Assembly: GCA_963705105.1 (NCBI GenBank)
Contig: CAVPIW010000006.1
Coordinates: 256,001 to 320,000, forward strand
Length of the DNA: 64,000 bases
Source: an uncultured Nitrospiraceae bacterium
Lineage (GTDB): Bacteria; Nitrospirota; Thermodesulfovibrionia; Thermodesulfovibrionales; Dissulfurispiraceae
Direction: 5' to 3'
Positions 12,585 to 22,108 of the stretch are shown one piece after another. Numbering within the stretch: the first letter of the stretch is position 1; each line of letters begins with the position of its first letter. The notes beneath the pieces were generated by a model. It saw only the letters and a list, made by a program, of their open reading frames with translations. It searched no databases and was not told the DNA's origin. The position numbers were made by a program, and so were the translations under genes.

Positions 12585-13550
12585 ATGGGTATGAACCAAG
12601 GACGGCGGCACGGAAGGGGATATCGAAGCACGGTGACACGCTTTTGCCGGAGCATATCGGTCTGTCTCGTGCTGCTGCTGTTCCCCGCAGATGAGGGGTG
12701 GAGTGAAAAGGGGAATCCGGACCCTGCCGTGATCAGGGTAGGGTATTCGACGCAGCTCCTCCCCGACCTGGACGAGAGAGATGCCAGGGTTGCGATAGAA
12801 GTGTGGTCCAAAGAACTGAACAGGTCGATGGGAACGGCGTACAGACCGAAGGCGGTCCTCTACCGCGATCTGACGGCCATAACGGAGGCGCTGACCAGGG
12901 GAGAGATCGATCTCATATCCATGACGGCACTCGAGTACCTGAAAATCAGGGACAGGGTGCCCGCCGAACCCGCAATAATTCCTCTGTACAGGACTGAGAA
13001 AGAGGGTGAGATGGTCCTCATCGTCCACAGGGATTCGGGGATCACATCGGCACAGCAACTGAAAAACAGGAAAGTCCTTGTACAGTCCGGGCATAGAGGG
13101 GATATTGCCGTTATGTGGATGGACATTCTCCTGATGAGGAAGGGACAGCCCCAAGCGGATCAGTTCTGCTCGTTGAGGAGGGTGAACAAGGCGTCACAGG
13201 CCGTTCTTCCCGTCTTTTTCATGCAGGCTGACGCCGCCGTCGTCAGCCGCCAGGCACTCGACACCGTCGCTGAACTGAATCCGCAGATCAGCCGCGAGAT
13301 CGCGGAAATCGGCAGCTCAAAACCCGTCGTGCATTCCGTCAGCTGTTTCAGGAAGAACATCGAGATCAACATGAGAAATGCGTTGTACAAGGCTGCCGTC
13401 GATCTCGACAAGGACGCGTACGGGCGGCAGGTGCTGATGATGTTTCAGCTCAAACGGCTGGGGGAGTATGAGCCCAAGTATCTGGATTATCTGAGTTCCC
13501 TTGTGACCGACCACAGCAACCTGAAAAAGAAGTTCACAGGCAAGAGATGA
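12585..13550 (+). CDS. PhnD/SsuA-like periplasmic binding protein, paralog 3
   Basis: Signal-like segment; LIVHRDSGI, KASQAVLPVFFMQADA, ELNPQ. Confidence 0.8.
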   Translation: MGMNQGRRHGRGYRSTVTRFCRSISVCLVLLLFPADEGWSEKGNPDPAVIRVGYSTQLLPDLDERDARVAIEVWSKELNRSMGTAYRPKAVLYRDLTAITEALTRGEIDLISMTALEYLKIRDRVPAEPAIIPLYRTEKEGEMVLIVHRDSGITSAQQLKNRKVLVQSGHRGDIAVMWMDILLMRKGQPQADQFCSLRRVNKASQAVLPVFFMQADAAVVSRQALDTVAELNPQISREIAEIGSSKPVVHSVSCFRKNIEINMRNALYKAAVDLDKDAYGRQVLMMFQLKRLGEYEPKYLDYLSSLVTDHSNLKKKFTGKR

Positions 13551-13592
13551 GGGATGTGACTTTATGGCGAAGGGAGGACTGAAAAAGAGGGG

Positions 13593-16511
13593 ATGAGGAT
13601 GCGGGGGCTCTTTCACAGGGTTCACACGGAAGGGTCATCAAAGGTGGGCGAGATGCGCTGGACGAGCAGGATCGCCGTCCGCATGGCCGTCCTCTCGTCG
13701 CTTCTCATCATCATAACGCTGGGGCTCTACGTCATCATCAATATCCCCTATCAACGCAAGACCGTTGTGGAGGCGATGGAATCGGAGGCCCGCAACATCG
13801 TCACCTCTCTGGATCAGGTAACGGCAACGGCGATCATAACGGAAGACTACGGGTCGGTGGTGGAGCACTGCATGAGGGTCGTTACGGAGAGCACGTCTAT
13901 TGTCTACGTGGTCATCACCCGGACGGACGGGTTCTCCCTGATCAGCACCAAAGAGGGCTGGAAACAGGAAACGCTGCAGAACATCTGGAATCCCTCCGGA
14001 CAGAGGGTCGCCGGCTATAGGTTCCTGAAGAGTTCCCTGGCCAGCGAGGAGGTCTTTCATTACTCCTATCCGTTCAAATATTCCGGCATCGACTGGGGAT
14101 GGATACACATCGGTCTGTCGCTCAGGAAGTACAATGCGGGCATGGAGAGTCTGTATATGCGGACCTTCTTCATGTCTCTGGTCTGCATGGTCTTCGGTAT
14201 GGTCCTCGCATATGTCTTCGCCCGGAAGCTGAGCAGGCCGATCAGCATGCTCGATGACGTCACCAGGAGCATTGCCGGGGGCGATATGACGGCGAGGGCG
14301 GACATCAGGACGGGCGATGAACTGGAGAGTCTCAGCCGGTCCTTCAACGCCATGACTGAGGCCCTGGGACGATCTCAGGAGGAGCTCATCAGGTCGGAGG
14401 AAAACTACCGTGCCCTCATGAATGACGCAGGTGACGCAATCCTTATTGCGGACACCGAAGGACACCTGCTTGAGGTGAACAGAAAGGCCGTCGATCTCAC
14501 CGGATACGAAAAGGACGAGCTTCTGCAGATGAGGCTTGATGAGCTTTATGAGGCCGAAGAAAGGGGGAAGGCCCGGGCATCCTTTAAAGAGACGCTTTCA
14601 AAGGGAACGATGTTCTTCACCGACGTTGACCTTCTCACAAAGAGCGGTGAAACCATCCCGGTCGATATCAACGCCTCCGTCATCATTTCCGGCGGTCGCG
14701 TCGTCGTTCAGGGGATCATGAGGGACATCACCGTGCGCCGGCGCACCGAAGAGGAATTGAAGAGGGCGAAGGACGCCGCGGAGTCGGCGAGTGTCGCCAA
14801 GACGCAGTTTCTGGCCAATATGAGCCACGAAATCCGCACTCCTCTGAACGGCGTCATGGGTATGCTCGAACTGCTGCTCGAAACGGACCTGAACGGGAAG
14901 CAGCGAAGCATTGCAGAGACAGCGCTCACATCGGGCGAGTCGCTCCTGCACATCATCAGTACGGTCCTCGACATTTCGAAGATCGAGGCGGGCAAACTCG
15001 AGCTTGAGCACAGGGACTTCGATGTCCGCCAAATCGTGGAAAGTTCGGTTCAACTCTTTGCGGAGCGGGCCCGGAAGAAGAACATAGAGCTCCGCTGCCT
15101 TATCCGGGACGGCCTTCCCGGAGCGGTGAGGGGTGATCCGGAGCGTCTGCGGCAGATACTCGTCAACCTCCTGGGGAACGCCGTGAAATTCACCGAGCAC
15201 GGCCAGGTGCTCATCGAGGTCGTCAATGCCGATGGTGTAACGGGCGGCGCCGCAGATACGGGGGCGCCGGCCGATCGGGAAGACGTGAATCTTGTCTTTT
15301 CCGTTCGTGACACCGGCATCGGGATTGAGCCGGACATTCAGGCGACCATCTTCGAACCCTTCATCCAGGCTGACGGTTCGACGACGCGCAGGTTCGGAGG
15401 AACGGGTCTCGGCCTGGCCATAGCAAAACAGCTCACCGACCTCATGGGGGGAGAGATATCCCTCGAAAGCGAGCCGGGAAAAGGGTCCGCATTCACGGTC
15501 AGGATGCCCTTCAAAAGATTGTCGCGCAAGGCCCTGTCATCGCTGCCCGGTCAGGATACGTTCGAGGCCAAGAGGGTGCTCGCAGCCCCCGCTTCTCCCT
15601 CATCACCGGAGAGGCATCCCGGAAACGGCGGGGGGAACAGGGACCTGCATGCCCGGGTGCTGCTGGCGGAGGACAACCCGGTGAATCAGGAGGTGGCCCT
15701 CTCCATGCTGCAGAACCTGGGGTGTCACGTGGATGTTGCGCAGGACGGCCGGACTGTCATTGAACTGTTCGAAAGCGGCAGATATGACTTCATCCTCATG
15801 GATTGCCAGATGCCCGGGATGGACGGCTTTGAGGCCACGAGGGAGATACGCCGTCGTGAGGGACTGGCGGGCGGGGAGCTGCGCATACCGATCGTCGCGC
15901 TCACCGCGCATGCAATCATGGGTGACCGTGACCGGTGCATCGCTGCGGGGATGGACGATTATCTGAGCAAGCCCTTTAATCTCAGACAACTCCGGGGTCT
16001 TGTCCAAAAGTGGGCTTCACCGGCGCACCAGGGAGCGGCGGAACCGGGGGCAACCGCGGAAGATTCGGAGGAAAGCCCCGGCATCATACCCCTGCCGCTG
16101 AACTTTCAGGACAGGCGGAGCGAGGATCCTGTCACGGCGGATCGGAAGTCGGACGTGGCGTCGATCGACAAGACCATCCTTGAGAGGATCAGTTTTCTCC
16201 AGCGGCCGGGGGCGCCGGATATCCTGTCAAGGATCATTTCGATCTATCTGGCGGACTCCGAGCGCGCTCTCGGTGAACTCAGGGACGCCGTGACGGCCCT
16301 CGAAGCCTCCGTCATTCACCGCACCGCCCATGCCCTGAAGTCGAGCAGCGCAAACGTGGGCGCTATGAGGTTGTCGGCACTCTTCAGGGAAATGGAGGCC
16401 GCCGGCCGGTCGCAGTCATTGGAAGATACGGCGGACCTGCTTGGACGTATCGAGTCCGAATACGTGGCTGTCAGGGCTGCCCTTGAAGGGGAATTGAAAA
16501 GGAGGTCATAA
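13593..16511 (+). CDS. Unorthodox hybrid histidine kinase (TM-periplasmic-TM-HAMP-PAS-HisKA-HATPase-REC-HPt)
   Basis: [41 protein letters not shown], HPt [13 protein letters not shown]. Confidence 0.92.
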   Translation: MRMRGLFHRVHTEGSSKVGEMRWTSRIAVRMAVLSSLLIIITLGLYVIINIPYQRKTVVEAMESEARNIVTSLDQVTATAIITEDYGSVVEHCMRVVTESTSIVYVVITRTDGFSLISTKEGWKQETLQNIWNPSGQRVAGYRFLKSSLASEEVFHYSYPFKYSGIDWGWIHIGLSLRKYNAGMESLYMRTFFMSLVCMVFGMVLAYVFARKLSRPISMLDDVTRSIAGGDMTARADIRTGDELESLSRSFNAMTEALGRSQEELIRSEENYRALMNDAGDAILIADTEGHLLEVNRKAVDLTGYEKDELLQMRLDELYEAEERGKARASFKETLSKGTMFFTDVDLLTKSGETIPVDINASVIISGGRVVVQGIMRDITVRRRTEEELKRAKDAAESASVAKTQFLANMSHEIRTPLNGVMGMLELLLETDLNGKQRSIAETALTSGESLLHIISTVLDISKIEAGKLELEHRDFDVRQIVESSVQLFAERARKKNIELRCLIRDGLPGAVRGDPERLRQILVNLLGNAVKFTEHGQVLIEVVNADGVTGGAADTGAPADREDVNLVFSVRDTGIGIEPDIQATIFEPFIQADGSTTRRFGGTGLGLAIAKQLTDLMGGEISLESEPGKGSAFTVRMPFKRLSRKALSSLPGQDTFEAKRVLAAPASPSSPERHPGNGGGNRDLHARVLLAEDNPVNQEVALSMLQNLGCHVDVAQDGRTVIELFESGRYDFILMDCQMPGMDGFEATREIRRREGLAGGELRIPIVALTAHAIMGDRDRCIAAGMDDYLSKPFNLRQLRGLVQKWASPAHQGAAEPGATAEDSEESPGIIPLPLNFQDRRSEDPVTADRKSDVASIDKTILERISFLQRPGAPDILSRIISIYLADSERALGELRDAVTALEASVIHRTAHALKSSSANVGAMRLSALFREMEAAGRSQSLEDTADLLGRIESEYVAVRAALEGELKRRS

Positions 16512-18994
16512 TGGCGGGAGAAAAATATAGTCTGGAATCACCGGTCGTGCTGGTCGCGGACGACGACGCGATGATGCGTTTCCTTGCCCGTGAATCGCTG
16601 ACGCAGACGGGCTTCAACGTCTGCGAGGCAGTTGACGGCGCGGAGGCCCTCAAGGTCTTCGAGAAATCATCTCCCGACATTGTGCTCCTCGATGTCAACA
16701 TGCCGAACATCGACGGTTTCCGTGTTTGTGCCGCCATCAGAAAATATCCCGGCGCTGAACAGTTGCCCATTCTCATGATCACGGGTCTTGATGACGTGGA
16801 TTCGATCCGGCAGGCCTATGATTTCGGCGCCACCGATTTCATCACGAAGCCGGTGAACTGGATGATCCTCGGCCATCGCATGCGCTATATCTTCCGGGCA
16901 AGCCAGGCCATCCATGCCCTCAGGAGGAGCGAAGAGAAGAACCGAGCCCTTCTGCATGCCATTCCGGACGCGATGCTGAGGGTCAGCAAGGACGGGCGGT
17001 GCCTCGAGTACAAAGGTTCCGCCGATTTCACCCCCACTGTCCCCACTGGAGACGTCATCGGCCGAAAGCTCCAGGATATCTTTCCTGCCGGCGCCGCCGA
17101 GTCGGCGCTGTGCGCGATCGGAAGGGTATTTACGAATGAGGAGGCCCACCTGTTCGAATGCCGGGTCGCAAGGAACGGCAGTCATCAGGATTGTGAAAAC
17201 AGGGTCGTCCTCTGCGGCTCCGATGAGGCGCTCATCATCGTGAGGGATATCACGGAGCGAAAGAGGGCCGAAGAGGCTCTCAGAAAGAGCGAGGAAAGGT
17301 ACGCCCTGACATCGAAGGGGGCAAACGACGGGCTGTGGGACTGGGACATCCAGGGGGGCGATATCTACTATTCTCCGCGCTGGAAAGCCATCCTGGGATA
17401 CGGAGAGGACGAGGTGGCGGACAGTCTTGACGAATGGTTCAACCGTGTTCATAGCGATGACGTGGAACAACTCAAAATCGATATCAGCGCTCACCTCGAC
17501 GGGATCACCATGCATTTTCAGAACGAACACCGCCTTCTCCACCGCGACGGAAGTCACCGCTGGGTCCTCACGAGGGGCATTGCCCTCCGGGGCGGTGATG
17601 GCAAGCCTTATCGCGTCGCGGGCTCGATGTCCGACATAACGGAGCGAAAGCGTGCGGAGAGGCAGCTCATCCATGACGCCTTTCATGATATGCTGACACA
17701 CCTCCCGAACAGGGCCCTTGTTCTTGACCGGCTTGAACATGCTCTGAAACGCTCGAAGAGGAATGAAAACTTTCTGTTCGCCGTCCTCTTCCTTGACCTC
17801 GACCGCTTCAAGATCGTCAACGACAGCCTTGGTCACGAGGCCGGAGACAGGCTTCTCATCGAGCTGGCGGGAAGGCTGTCCCGGTGCCTGAGACCGGGCG
17901 ACACCCTCTCGCGGCTCGGAGGGGACGAGTTCGTCATTCTCCTGGAAGACATACGCGGCGACGACGATGTGGAGAAAGTGGCCGGACGGATCATCAATAT
18001 GGTGAAAGACCCCTTCGTCATAGATGGACAGGAAGTCTCCACGACCGTAAGCATCGGCATCGCCCTCAGTTCCTCCGATTATGAGCGCCCCGAAGACATG
18101 CTCCGCGACGCCGATACGGCGATGTACCGGGCCAAATCTCTCGGGAAATCACGATATGAGATGTTCGACACGACCATGCATCTCAATGTCCTCAACATGC
18201 TGAGGCTCGAAAATGACCTGCGGAAAGCACTTGACCGTGATCAGCTTCGCATTCATTATCAGCCCGTCGTATCCCTCGAAAACGGCCATGTCAACTCCGT
18301 TGAAGCCCTTCTCCGGTGGTACCACCCTGAGAGGGGTGTCATTCCACCCATGGACTTCATCCCCCTCGCCGAGGAAAACGGCATGATCATCCCCATCGGT
18401 GAATGGGTGCTGCGCACAGCCTGCCATCAGCTCAGGCTGCTTTTCGAGGACGGCTTTACGCCCCTGAGAATCGCCGTCAACATATCGGCACGCCAGCTCA
18501 GGCAGCATGATTTCGCCGAGAACGTGGTGCGCATCATCGAGGAAACCGGCATCGATGCACGGTATCTCGAACTCGAGATTACCGAGAGCACGATCATGGA
18601 GAATCCCGATTCTGCCGCGGAAAAACTTGCCAAACTGAGAGAACTGGGAGTTCATATCTCTCTGGATGACTTCGGAACGGGGTATTCGTCTCTCAGTTAT
18701 CTGCACCGCTTTCCCATCAATACGCTCAAAATCGACCGTTCCTTTATCGAAAGGATGGGGTCCGATGCCGAAAAGTTCGAAATCATCCGGTCCGTCGTCT
18801 CGATGGCGAAGAAAATGGCCTTGTCCGTCGTCGCAGAAGGGATTGAGACGGTCGAACAGATGAGAACGCTGCAGGAGCTGAACTGTGGTCTTGGCCAGGG
18901 TTTTCTCTTTTCGAGACCTGTCGGTTGCGACGATGTGCAGAAGGTGTTAAGGAGCCTGAACGATCAGGAGGGGAAAGGAACACCGAATTCTTGA
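16511..18994 (+). CDS. Response-regulator diguanylate cyclase/phosphodiesterase (REC-PAS-PAS-GGDEF-EAL)
   Basis: REC DDD/D/T/K intact; RPGD I-site plus GGDEF; VEALLRW, DDFGTGYSS, LKIDRSF; TAATG overlap with the kinase gene. Confidence 0.93.
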   Translation: MAGEKYSLESPVVLVADDDAMMRFLARESLTQTGFNVCEAVDGAEALKVFEKSSPDIVLLDVNMPNIDGFRVCAAIRKYPGAEQLPILMITGLDDVDSIRQAYDFGATDFITKPVNWMILGHRMRYIFRASQAIHALRRSEEKNRALLHAIPDAMLRVSKDGRCLEYKGSADFTPTVPTGDVIGRKLQDIFPAGAAESALCAIGRVFTNEEAHLFECRVARNGSHQDCENRVVLCGSDEALIIVRDITERKRAEEALRKSEERYALTSKGANDGLWDWDIQGGDIYYSPRWKAILGYGEDEVADSLDEWFNRVHSDDVEQLKIDISAHLDGITMHFQNEHRLLHRDGSHRWVLTRGIALRGGDGKPYRVAGSMSDITERKRAERQLIHDAFHDMLTHLPNRALVLDRLEHALKRSKRNENFLFAVLFLDLDRFKIVNDSLGHEAGDRLLIELAGRLSRCLRPGDTLSRLGGDEFVILLEDIRGDDDVEKVAGRIINMVKDPFVIDGQEVSTTVSIGIALSSSDYERPEDMLRDADTAMYRAKSLGKSRYEMFDTTMHLNVLNMLRLENDLRKALDRDQLRIHYQPVVSLENGHVNSVEALLRWYHPERGVIPPMDFIPLAEENGMIIPIGEWVLRTACHQLRLLFEDGFTPLRIAVNISARQLRQHDFAENVVRIIEETGIDARYLELEITESTIMENPDSAAEKLAKLRELGVHISLDDFGTGYSSLSYLHRFPINTLKIDRSFIERMGSDAEKFEIIRSVVSMAKKMALSVVAEGIETVEQMRTLQELNCGLGQGFLFSRPVGCDDVQKVLRSLNDQEGKGTPNS

Positions 18995-19019
18995 CATTCC
19001 ACCAGTCTTGTGTCATATT
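18991..19019 (+). promoter_or_regulatory. Putative sigma70 promoter of the FleQ-like activator
   Basis: TTGACA-N17-CATATT with TG extended -10 at 19011-19012. Confidence 0.55.
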
Positions 19020-19025
19020 CATGAC

Positions 19026-20048
19026 ATGAATTTTTCTGTACAAGAGTCTGCCCAATCAGTTCCAATTATTGGGAAATCTCATGTAATAGGGAGAATACAT
19101 GAGCTTGTGCAAAAAGTGGCGGATTCTGACAGCACCGTGCTTCTTCTTGGCGAGAGCGGCACGGGAAAAGAACTCATCGCCAGGAACCTTCACTTCAGCA
19201 GCCGCCGGCATGCCCGTCCATTCATCCCGGTCAACTGCGGGGCGATCCCGTCGGAACTCCTCGAATCGGAATTGTTCGGCCACGAAAAGGGTGCGTTCAC
19301 CGGCGCAATCTCCTCGAGAATGGGCAGGTTCGAACTCGCCCACGGCGGAACGCTTTTCCTCGACGAAGTGGGCGAGATGTCGTCCTTCCTCCAGGTCAAA
19401 CTGCTCAGGGTGCTCCAGGAGAGATCGTTCGAACGGGTAGGAGGCACAAAAACGGTCAGCGTCGATGTGCGGATCATAGCGGCAACGAACAGGGATCTCG
19501 AGTCTGCCGCGGGTGAGGGGAAATTCAGGGAAGACCTGTATTACCGCCTCAACGTGATCCCCATCGAGGTACCACCGCTGCGGCGGAGAAGGGACGATAT
19601 CCCCGTGCTCTGCGAGCATTTCATCATAAAACATGCAAAGCGATGCGGCAGGAAGCCCATCCGCTTCTCCGAAAGCGCCATGAAATCCCTTGTCGACTAT
19701 CATTGGCCCGGCAACGTGCGGGAACTGGAAAACATCATCGAGCGTCTCTTCGTGCTCAAGGATGACGATGTGGTCAGGCCGGCGGACCTGCCCGAGCGGA
19801 TCGGGGGCGAGAGTATCCCTGACATGTCTCACAAGGGCGAAACCGAGATCAATCCCTTCGCGGGGGGGATCGATCTGAACGCCGCCGTCGACGAATATGA
19901 GCGGAGACTGATCATCCACGCCCTTGAATTCCACCGGGGAGTGAAGAGCAGGGCTGCCCAGTATCTCCGGGTCAACCGCACCACACTGATCGAAAAGATG
20001 AAGAGGCTGAATCTTTCATCCCTTCCGTCCCGGCAGGACGGGGATTGA
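19026..20048 (+). CDS. FleQ/FlrA-like sigma54 activator (AAA+ and HTH only)
   Basis: GESGTGKEL.ARNLH, GAFTGA, FLDEVGE, WPGNVREL, HTH RAAQYLRVNRTTLIEKMK; ATG at 19026 (ORF open from TTG 19008). Confidence 0.85.
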   Translation: MNFSVQESAQSVPIIGKSHVIGRIHELVQKVADSDSTVLLLGESGTGKELIARNLHFSSRRHARPFIPVNCGAIPSELLESELFGHEKGAFTGAISSRMGRFELAHGGTLFLDEVGEMSSFLQVKLLRVLQERSFERVGGTKTVSVDVRIIAATNRDLESAAGEGKFREDLYYRLNVIPIEVPPLRRRRDDIPVLCEHFIIKHAKRCGRKPIRFSESAMKSLVDYHWPGNVRELENIIERLFVLKDDDVVRPADLPERIGGESIPDMSHKGETEINPFAGGIDLNAAVDEYERRLIIHALEFHRGVKSRAAQYLRVNRTTLIEKMKRLNLSSLPSRQDGD

Positions 20049-20088
20049 AAAGACGGGGCTGGTCGCGCCAAAGCCTTGCTGATAGCGG
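20047..20088. repeat. Decayed MITE-end remnant
   Basis: GAAAAGACGGGGC..CGCGCCAAAGCCTTGCTGA resembles GAAAAGGCTGGGGCGAAGCGCCTCAAAGCCTTGCTGA of copy 2. Confidence 0.45.
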
Positions 20089-20140
20089 TGCTGATGCCCG
20101 GTTGTTCATAGCCTGTTTCCGACTTGTCCACTGCCGAATA

Positions 20141-20171
20141 TGACTCAATGACTCAATGACTCAATGACTGA
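20141..20171. repeat. 8-bp tandem repeat
   Basis: TGACTCAA x3 followed by TGACTGA. Confidence 0.85.
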
Positions 20172-20182
20172 TGTTTTTATAC

Positions 20183-20198
20183 TGGCATGGTTTTTTCA
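20183..20198 (+). promoter_or_regulatory. Possible degenerate sigma54 promoter for the TPR-fleSR-like operon
   Basis: TGGCATG-GTTT-TTTCA (TTTCA instead of TTGCA). Confidence 0.3.
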
Positions 20199-20212
20199 TG
20201 ATAATTGTATAG

Positions 20213-20432
20213 ACCTTATTGTTGCAATACACTCCCGGGAAAGGCGGGGCTGGGGTGAATGCGCCGAAAACCTTGATGCGGCGACACCTGTATCAGAACG
20301 AGAGATGACCTATACGCCAATGGTCGATGACACAAAGAGTGGAATCCTGAAACACGAAGCTGACGAGGCGTATCGTCGCCTTCAGCAAGGCTTTGAGGCG
20401 CTTCGCCCCGCCTTTTCATGCAACAGAAAGGT
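20213..20432 (+). mobile_element. MITE-like element copy 3
   Basis: ACCTTATTGTTGCAATACACTCCCGGGAAAGGCGGGG...CGCCCCGCCTTTTCATGCAACAGAAAGGT; AG on both sides. Confidence 0.85.
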
Positions 20433-20470
20433 AGAGTCACTCGTGTCCAAAATGAGATGAAATTCGTGAC

Positions 20471-22102
20471 ATGAAAAGAACCATTGTTTCCCTTGTTTTC
20501 TTTTTTACGGCCGCGATGCTTTCGCCGCAGGTCATTCTGTGCGCGCAGGATGACCTGCGGCGGGCCGGGGACTCTTTTCAGCAGAGGGATTACATCAAGG
20601 CGCGGGACCTGTATCAGGAGGCGTTCCTGTCCGCAAAAGGGTCGGATATCGCCGAAAAGGCCCTTCTCGGTCTTGCCAAGGCGGAGTATCACCTGAGGCG
20701 ATACCATGAGGCGAACCTCAATCTCCGGAGGTTTATATCGCGGTTTCCCAAATCGGACGGCATCGACGAGGCCCGCCTTTATCTCGGATACTGCTCGCTC
20801 CGCCTGGACCGTCTGAATGACGCCCAGGGCTATTTCGAGCGGGTGGGCGGACAGTTCCGCAGCCGGGCCGCCCTTGGGATGGCCGAGGTCATGCTGGCAA
20901 AGGGTGATATCGCGGCTGCCGAAGCCTCCTTCCGCCGGGTCGACAGGAAGGACATCGAGGGAGATGCCGCCGCTCTGGCCCTTCGGGCACAGGTCAGCAG
21001 CGCCGGGGGGCAGCATGAAGAGGCTGTCAGGGGGATTGCGAAGATCGCCGATGAGGACGCCAGGAATCTCGGATTAAGAGCCGTCAGGGCGAGAATTTAC
21101 TATAACGGAAAGAAGCTCGCCGAAGCCGAAAAGGAATGCAGGGCCGTCATCGATGATCCTGTTTCGTTGAGGGAACAGATCGAAGCGAAGAAACTGCTGT
21201 CGCAGATTGCAGCGGCGAAGGGAAACACCGACGAGGCCCTCAGGTTGAAACTTGCCCTTGTCCCCCACGAGATGAACGATGAATTTACTTTGGAAGTTGT
21301 TTCACTCTATGATAAAAAAGGTGACACGGACGGCGCCCTGAAATTCGTCAGTTTCCTGAAGGACCCCAGGATTCGCTCCCGTGAACTGGAGCGCCGTCTG
21401 AAGCCGATGATCGAGACGCAATCCCCGGAGGCGATGAAAAACGTCCTGAAGTATGCCCCTTTCATCGACCGGCAGGATCCTTTTGCCGTGTCGGCTGCGC
21501 GATTTCTCATGCAGGGGGGCCGGAAGAGCGAAGGTGTGGAGCTGCTCAGGAGGATATCGAAGGGGCAGCAGGCGGGAGAGGCAGCCCTGGTGCTGGCAGA
21601 ACACTACGTGCGTGAAGGAAAGGCGGCGGAAGCGAAGAAACTGCTGTCGCCCCTCCTGTCGGACCAACGGCAGAGCACGGGGGCGTTGATCATCATGGCG
21701 GACATTATGGAGCAGGAGGGCAGACCTGCTGAAGCGGTCGGATATCTGCAAAGGGCGTACAATGTGTCGAAGGACCGGAACACAGCGCTGAAGCTCGGCA
21801 CATTGTACGGCAGGACAGGAGACCGTGAAAACGCAAAGAGACACTATCTCGCCGCGTCGGAGATGGGCAACGGCAGCGCCTCCGTGAGGGTCGGCGATCT
21901 GCTTTACCTGTCGGGAGAGAGGGAGCGTGCGAGGACCTTCTACAAAAAGGCGCTGGAGCAGGACATCGCGGACAGGCAGAGCCTGCAGTGGACCTACTAT
22001 CAGTACGGGAAGCTGTCCGGCGACAGAGAGTATCTCAGAAAGGCCTCCGAGGGCGGGGGAGTCGTCGGTGAAGCCGCCAAGGCCCTTCTCGGATCGGAGT
22101 AG
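20471..22102 (+). CDS. Exported tetratricopeptide-repeat protein
   Basis: Signal peptide; repeated TPR-like helices (e.g. FISRFPKS..IDEARLYLG). Confidence 0.8.
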   Translation: MKRTIVSLVFFFTAAMLSPQVILCAQDDLRRAGDSFQQRDYIKARDLYQEAFLSAKGSDIAEKALLGLAKAEYHLRRYHEANLNLRRFISRFPKSDGIDEARLYLGYCSLRLDRLNDAQGYFERVGGQFRSRAALGMAEVMLAKGDIAAAEASFRRVDRKDIEGDAAALALRAQVSSAGGQHEEAVRGIAKIADEDARNLGLRAVRARIYYNGKKLAEAEKECRAVIDDPVSLREQIEAKKLLSQIAAAKGNTDEALRLKLALVPHEMNDEFTLEVVSLYDKKGDTDGALKFVSFLKDPRIRSRELERRLKPMIETQSPEAMKNVLKYAPFIDRQDPFAVSAARFLMQGGRKSEGVELLRRISKGQQAGEAALVLAEHYVREGKAAEAKKLLSPLLSDQRQSTGALIIMADIMEQEGRPAEAVGYLQRAYNVSKDRNTALKLGTLYGRTGDRENAKRHYLAASEMGNGSASVRVGDLLYLSGERERARTFYKKALEQDIADRQSLQWTYYQYGKLSGDREYLRKASEGGGVVGEAAKALLGSE

Positions 22103-22108
22103 CCCCTC

